Position numbers and translations under genes: made by a program. 40,945 nucleotides of DNA from a virus (Duplodnaviria; Caudoviricetes): IMG/VR virus record IMGVR_UViG_3300038808_000064, positions 1-40,945 of that record; one strand, written 5' to 3'. The notes under the pieces are model-generated. The model made no database searches. It was not told the DNA's origin and worked only from the letters and a program-made list of their open reading frames with translations. Shown in pieces: positions 37,368 to 40,945 of the stretch (its first letter is position 1; every line of letters starts with the position of its first letter).

Positions 37368-37690
37368 AGGACTGGCAGATCTATGCTCTGGCGACCTTCG
37401 CGGTCGCGGCGGGTCAGGTGCTGAAGATCGGCCGCAAGATCGAGGCGGGCAAGGTGGTGACGTGGCGCGACATCGCGGTACTGTGCACGATCCTGCCGGC
37501 ATTCGGCGCGATCGGCGGGGCGCTGGCGATCCATTTCAATGGTCCGGTGTGGTCGGTCCTGCTCGCGGGCACCTGCGCGGGATGGACCGGCATCGGGACC
37601 ATCCGGCTCGCGTTGGCGGCACTGCCGTCGATCCTCCCCGAACCGCTGGCCAAGCTTCTCCGTGACACGAAGGACCAGCCAGAGGGCTGA
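37364..37690 (+). CDS. Putative holin (108 aa)
   Basis: AGGAG RBS; 2-3 hydrophobic segments and charged tail LRDTKDQPEG; upstream of the endolysin. Confidence 0.7.
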   Translation: MKDWQIYALATFAVAAGQVLKIGRKIEAGKVVTWRDIAVLCTILPAFGAIGGALAIHFNGPVWSVLLAGTCAGWTGIGTIRLALAALPSILPEPLAKLLRDTKDQPEG

Positions 37691-37692
37691 AT

Positions 37693-37759
37693 GCCGGGTC
37701 CGCCTAGTGGGAGAAAAGGCGGACCCGGCGGCCGGGCGTTCAGGGAGGTCGGCCCGGCC
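37693..37759 (-). ncRNA. Candidate two-hairpin RNA with CUCCC loops on the minus strand
   Basis: Perfect 13-bp stem 37693-37729 and 8-bp stem 37730-37759; plus-strand loops both contain GGGAG; strand inferred. Confidence 0.45.
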
Positions 37760-37812
37760 CGGATGACATAGGCCGGCGCTCCGCGCGCGTATCCAACAAA
37801 AGGAAATCGAAA

Positions 37813-38400
37813 ATGGACGTTGCACTTGTGCAGCGCCGTCTTGGCGTGCGCGCTGACGGCGATTTCGGCCCAGTGACCTTTGCGGCCCTGCTATCAAAGC
37901 TCGGGGCACCTGCCGTCATGGCAAGCCCACTGGCCACTGGTGTCAGTGCTCTGGAAGGTGCCGTCATCCTCGATAGCGGCCTGCGTCTGGCGCATTTTCT
38001 CGCCCAGGGCGGACATGAGACGATCGGCTTCACGCGCATGGTGGAAATCTGGGGGCCGACGCCCGCCCAGCGGCGGTATGAGGGTCGCGCTGACCTCGGC
38101 AACAGCCGGCCGGGTGACGGCTTCCGGTATCGCGGGCGCGGCGTCCTGCAGATTACCGGCCGCGATAATTACCGCCGGTTCGGTCTGCTGATCGGCATCG
38201 ATCTCGAAAGCCAGCCGGATCGGGCAGCCGAGCCTGCGATCGCCATGTCGCTGGCCTGTGCCTATTGGACATCCCGGCGCATCAATGCGGCGGCTGATCG
38301 CGACGACGTCGAGTCCGTGACGCGCCTGATCAATGGCGGCCTGAATGGCATCGATGACCGGCGGCAGCGGCTGGCGCGCGCGAAGGCGATCCTGCTGTGA
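37813..38400 (+). CDS. Endolysin, GH19 family, with short N-terminal peptidoglycan-binding repeat
   Basis: VQRRLGVRADGDFGPVT; FLAQGGHET, YRGRGVLQITGRDNY, INGGLNG. Confidence 0.95.
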   Translation: MDVALVQRRLGVRADGDFGPVTFAALLSKLGAPAVMASPLATGVSALEGAVILDSGLRLAHFLAQGGHETIGFTRMVEIWGPTPAQRRYEGRADLGNSRPGDGFRYRGRGVLQITGRDNYRRFGLLIGIDLESQPDRAAEPAIAMSLACAYWTSRRINAAADRDDVESVTRLINGGLNGIDDRRQRLARAKAILL

Positions 38401-38834
38401 TGGCCGTCGCCCTTCTCCGGCGGTTCTGGCCAGCGCTGATCGTGCTGGCGGTCGGCCTTTGGGCCGCACGGCTCGACCACCTGCGGGCCGACCACCTCCA
38501 GACGCTGACCACCGAGCGCGCGGCATGGACGGCCACACTGGCCGCGGCCGATCATGCGCGGCTGGCCGACGAGGGCCGCTTTGCGCGCCAGCAGGCGACG
38601 GCCGCCCAGACCTATGCCGCCACGCTCGCCGCGCGCGAGCCGATCATCCTCCACTCGAAAGAAACGGTGACACGATATGCGCAAACTGACGCTGGCCGGG
38701 TGCTGTGCCGTGATGCTGAGCGCGTGCGCGACATCGACGCGCTCGAAGCCGCCCTCGCCTCTCATCCCACCACCCCCGACCGCCGCTCTGGAGCCGTGCC
38801 GCCCGACGCCGCAGCATCGTCAGTCGGACGGTAG
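38400..38834 (+). CDS. Inner-membrane spanin (Rz-like; 144 aa)
   Basis: N-terminal TM helix, Ala-rich helical body, Cys near the C-terminus; follows the endolysin. Confidence 0.8.
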   Translation: MAVALLRRFWPALIVLAVGLWAARLDHLRADHLQTLTTERAAWTATLAAADHARLADEGRFARQQATAAQTYAATLAAREPIILHSKETVTRYAQTDAGRVLCRDAERVRDIDALEAALASHPTTPDRRSGAVPPDAAASSVGR

Positions 38835-38940
38835 CGCGACGGCGGCCGATGACGACGCGACCATCCGCGACGGGCGCATCGACCTCGCGGCGTGCGACGC
38901 AAAGCGTCAGCAGCTTTGGGACGCTTGGCCCCGGCATTGA
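38677..38940 (+). CDS. Outer-membrane spanin lipoprotein (Rz1-like; 87 aa)
   Basis: LSAC lipobox, Pro-rich stretch, LEPC...LAACDAKR; starts inside Rz in another frame and extends past it. Confidence 0.85.
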   Translation: MRKLTLAGCCAVMLSACATSTRSKPPSPLIPPPPTAALEPCRPTPQHRQSDGSATAADDDATIRDGRIDLAACDAKRQQLWDAWPRH

Positions 38941-38963
38941 AAAAACTTTGTGAAAGGATCGAT

Positions 38964-39464
38964 ATGAGGACCCTCCCCTATTTGGCGGCCGCCATAGTGC
39001 TCGCCCTTTCGCCCAGCGGCATATTGGCTCAAGCCAAGCTCCCCCCTTGCAAGGACTGGTATGGTAGCACCGTCCCCTGTGGTGCTGTAGTGCTGGTCGA
39101 TAAGACCGGCACGGCGATCGATCCGAGCAATCCGCTCCCATCGTCGCCCGTGCCGCTCACCGCTGCCACCTCGACACCGCTCACCGGCACTTCGACGGGC
39201 GCGCAGACGGTCGGCCCCTTCACGCCCGTCCTTGGCCGTCCGATCACCCTGTTGCTGTCGGCATCGCCCTGGCCGGGCGGGTCGGCGCAGCTGCTGCGCT
39301 CGACGGACGGCGGCACGACGAAGCTGCCGCTGACCCCCGCAGGCGCGACGGTCGGCGTCTACAGCGCCAGCGGCGCGGATAGCCCATGGGTCGAGACGGA
39401 AGCCGGTGCGACCTTCTACCTCTCCCTCCTGGCGGCCGGGATTACCTATCGGGTGGCACAATGA
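38964..39464 (+). CDS. Signal-peptide protein with small beta-rich C-terminal domain (166 aa)
   Basis: AAAGGA RBS; MRTLPYLAAAIVLALSPSGILA signal; LLRSTDGGTT; ATGA-coupled to the next gene. Confidence 0.75.
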   Translation: MRTLPYLAAAIVLALSPSGILAQAKLPPCKDWYGSTVPCGAVVLVDKTGTAIDPSNPLPSSPVPLTAATSTPLTGTSTGAQTVGPFTPVLGRPITLLLSASPWPGGSAQLLRSTDGGTTKLPLTPAGATVGVYSASGADSPWVETEAGATFYLSLLAAGITYRVAQ

Positions 39465-40945
39465 TCCGCCGTATCCTCTGCGCGATCGCGGCGCTGTGCA
39501 TGGCCGCCCCGGCGATCGGGCAGGTCGATCCCGCCGCGCGCGGGATGGCCGCACAGGCCGGTCAGATGGCGAACGCCGCCAGCGCACAGGCGTCCATGCT
39601 CTCGCGCCTGCGCGCCGCATCGGCCGCAGCGCGGACCAGCAATGTCATCATCAATCCGCCGCTGTCGCCCCCGGCCCCGTGGGCGACAGGTACGGCGATC
39701 TTCCAGGGCGAGGTGCGCTCGGCCAATGGCAGCTGGTATGTCGCCATGACGTCGGGGACGACCGCATCGAGCGGCTCGGGTCCAGCCTCCACGGCGGGTG
39801 CCGGGATCAGCGATGGCGGCGTCCTGTGGAGCTACATCGGGCCGCCCGCGATCACGACGGCCGATCCCGCCGCGCCGACCGTCACCCAGATGACCGCCGA
39901 TCCCTATACCGGGATCACCTACACCCACGCGGCATTCCCGAATGCCTATGCGCTCTACGGGGCCTATGTGCAGTATGACGGGTCGCAGCGCCTGACGCCC
40001 AGCGGCTATTACGTGACGGCGGGCGTCCGCCAGTTCGGTCCGGGGCGGCGTATCTCATTCTACTGTGACGATGCAGCCCCGATCATCATCGCGTCGGGCG
40101 GTGGCACCACCTGGCGCATCGCAATCGACAATCTGGACGGTAGAGGGTCGCGCCTCATCAGCCCCAGCGGCCTTTCGATGGCCAAGCCGTACATCAAGAT
40201 CGACAGCGGGTCGGCGAAGACCCGGCTGTACACGATCTACCTGTCGCCGCAGGCCTATGACGGCTTCCTCGGCGTCGAGGTCGGCGGCCAGTCGCAGGTC
40301 TGGGCACCGTCCCGGTCTGGCGACCTTCGCGCGATCGTCATTGGCGACAGCACGGTGCAGGGATCAGGCTATGGGCCTTGGCTGGCGGGCGGCGATGTCG
40401 CGTCCCGTCTTGCCGCGCTGACCGGCATTGCTGATGTGTGGTCCTTTTCGGCGGGCGGGACCGGGGAGATCAATCCCAGCGCGAAAAACCTCTACACTTT
40501 CGGCCAGCGCATCGCCGAGGCGCTGGCGCTCAAGCCCGATATCTGGATTATCATGGGATCGGTGAATGACCGGACCTATCCCGCCTCCTCGATCACGGCG
40601 GCCGTCCAGGCGACGATGACGGCCATCCGCGCGGGCGGCTCGAAAGCACCGATCATCCGGGTCGGGGCGTGGCCGATCGCCAATGATGCGGCCATCACCA
40701 CCGACGAGGTGGCGATCAAGGCGGGATATGATGCCTTCGCCGCGACCGACCCCTATCCCCACGCATGGGTGCCGTGGTCGACCGGATCGCCTCCGATCAT
40801 CACATGGCCGTACAACAGCCCGCCCGCCGCGCCGGGCGGCAATAATCAGCGCTTTCTTGGCGGCGACGGGCACCCGGTCGATATCGGGACGGCACACGAA
40901 GCCCGGCGGCTGGCAGAGGCGACGCTTTCCGCGCTCGTGCCGTAA
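39461..40945 (+). CDS. Exported SGNH/GDSL hydrolase with CBM5/12-like module (494 aa)
   Basis: Signal MIRRILCAIAALCMAAPAIG; WATGT...WYVA...DGGVLWSY module; IGDS, GGTG, GSVND, DGHP. Confidence 0.85.
   Translation: MIRRILCAIAALCMAAPAIGQVDPAARGMAAQAGQMANAASAQASMLSRLRAASAAARTSNVIINPPLSPPAPWATGTAIFQGEVRSANGSWYVAMTSGTTASSGSGPASTAGAGISDGGVLWSYIGPPAITTADPAAPTVTQMTADPYTGITYTHAAFPNAYALYGAYVQYDGSQRLTPSGYYVTAGVRQFGPGRRISFYCDDAAPIIIASGGGTTWRIAIDNLDGRGSRLISPSGLSMAKPYIKIDSGSAKTRLYTIYLSPQAYDGFLGVEVGGQSQVWAPSRSGDLRAIVIGDSTVQGSGYGPWLAGGDVASRLAALTGIADVWSFSAGGTGEINPSAKNLYTFGQRIAEALALKPDIWIIMGSVNDRTYPASSITAAVQATMTAIRAGGSKAPIIRVGAWPIANDAAITTDEVAIKAGYDAFAATDPYPHAWVPWSTGSPPIITWPYNSPPAAPGGNNQRFLGGDGHPVDIGTAHEARRLAEATLSALVP

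Larger units (their letters stand above)
1..40945. mobile_element. Temperate siphovirus prophage, apparently complete gene set; att sites outside the window
   Basis: Integrase, immunity, replication, packaging, head, tail and lysis modules in lambdoid order, with many ATGA/TGATG couplings and no obvious disruption of core genes. Confidence 0.96.

Noticed and set aside
1-40945. attL/attR direct repeats or a tRNA integration target
   Set aside because: The window is cut at the stop codons of the first and last genes; no terminal repeat or cloverleaf seen
32784-40945. Diversity-generating retroelement or invertible tail-fibre switch
   Set aside because: No reverse transcriptase, invertase or template/variable repeat pair seen
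1-40945. Frequent CGATCG as a HIP1-like or MTase-linked signal
   Set aside because: Plausibly explained by ATC and GAT codons in GC-rich context; cannot be judged without a Markov-model count against the host genome

Overview
The whole window is one apparently intact temperate siphovirus prophage (lambda/HK97-like organisation, cos packaging) from a high-GC alphaproteobacterium. An alphaproteobacterial host is supported by a GapR/DUF2312 gene and a GTTC-N7-GTTC LexA box; Sphingomonadaceae is my guess. The window runs from the integrase stop codon to the last accessory gene, so att sites are not visible. Order: leftward arm (tyrosine integrase, xis-like gene, C5 cytosine methyltransferase, cupin, P-loop protein); immunity region (cI, cro-like, cII-like, five TGCC-N5-GGCA operators, and a LexA-box-controlled gene convergent on cI); replication arm (beta-clamp, SF2 helicase-amino-MTase fusion, GapR fusion, SSB, primase-helicase, TGGAAG-repeat origin); late regulator, HNH, cos, terminase, portal, S49 protease, capsid, head-tail and tail genes (GGGAAAG -1 frameshift); an AT-rich lipoprotein moron; tape measure, tail tip and an SGNH tail fibre; a lysis cassette with GH19 endolysin and spanins; and a final pair of signal-peptide proteins including a second SGNH esterase. 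The most promising unexplained elements are the SOS-box gene facing cI, three CUCCC anti-Shine-Dalgarno hairpin loci, the clamp/GapR/helicase-MTase module, the exported esterase pair and the P-loop/cupin/C5-MTase cluster. All calls come from reading motifs by eye; no searches were run.
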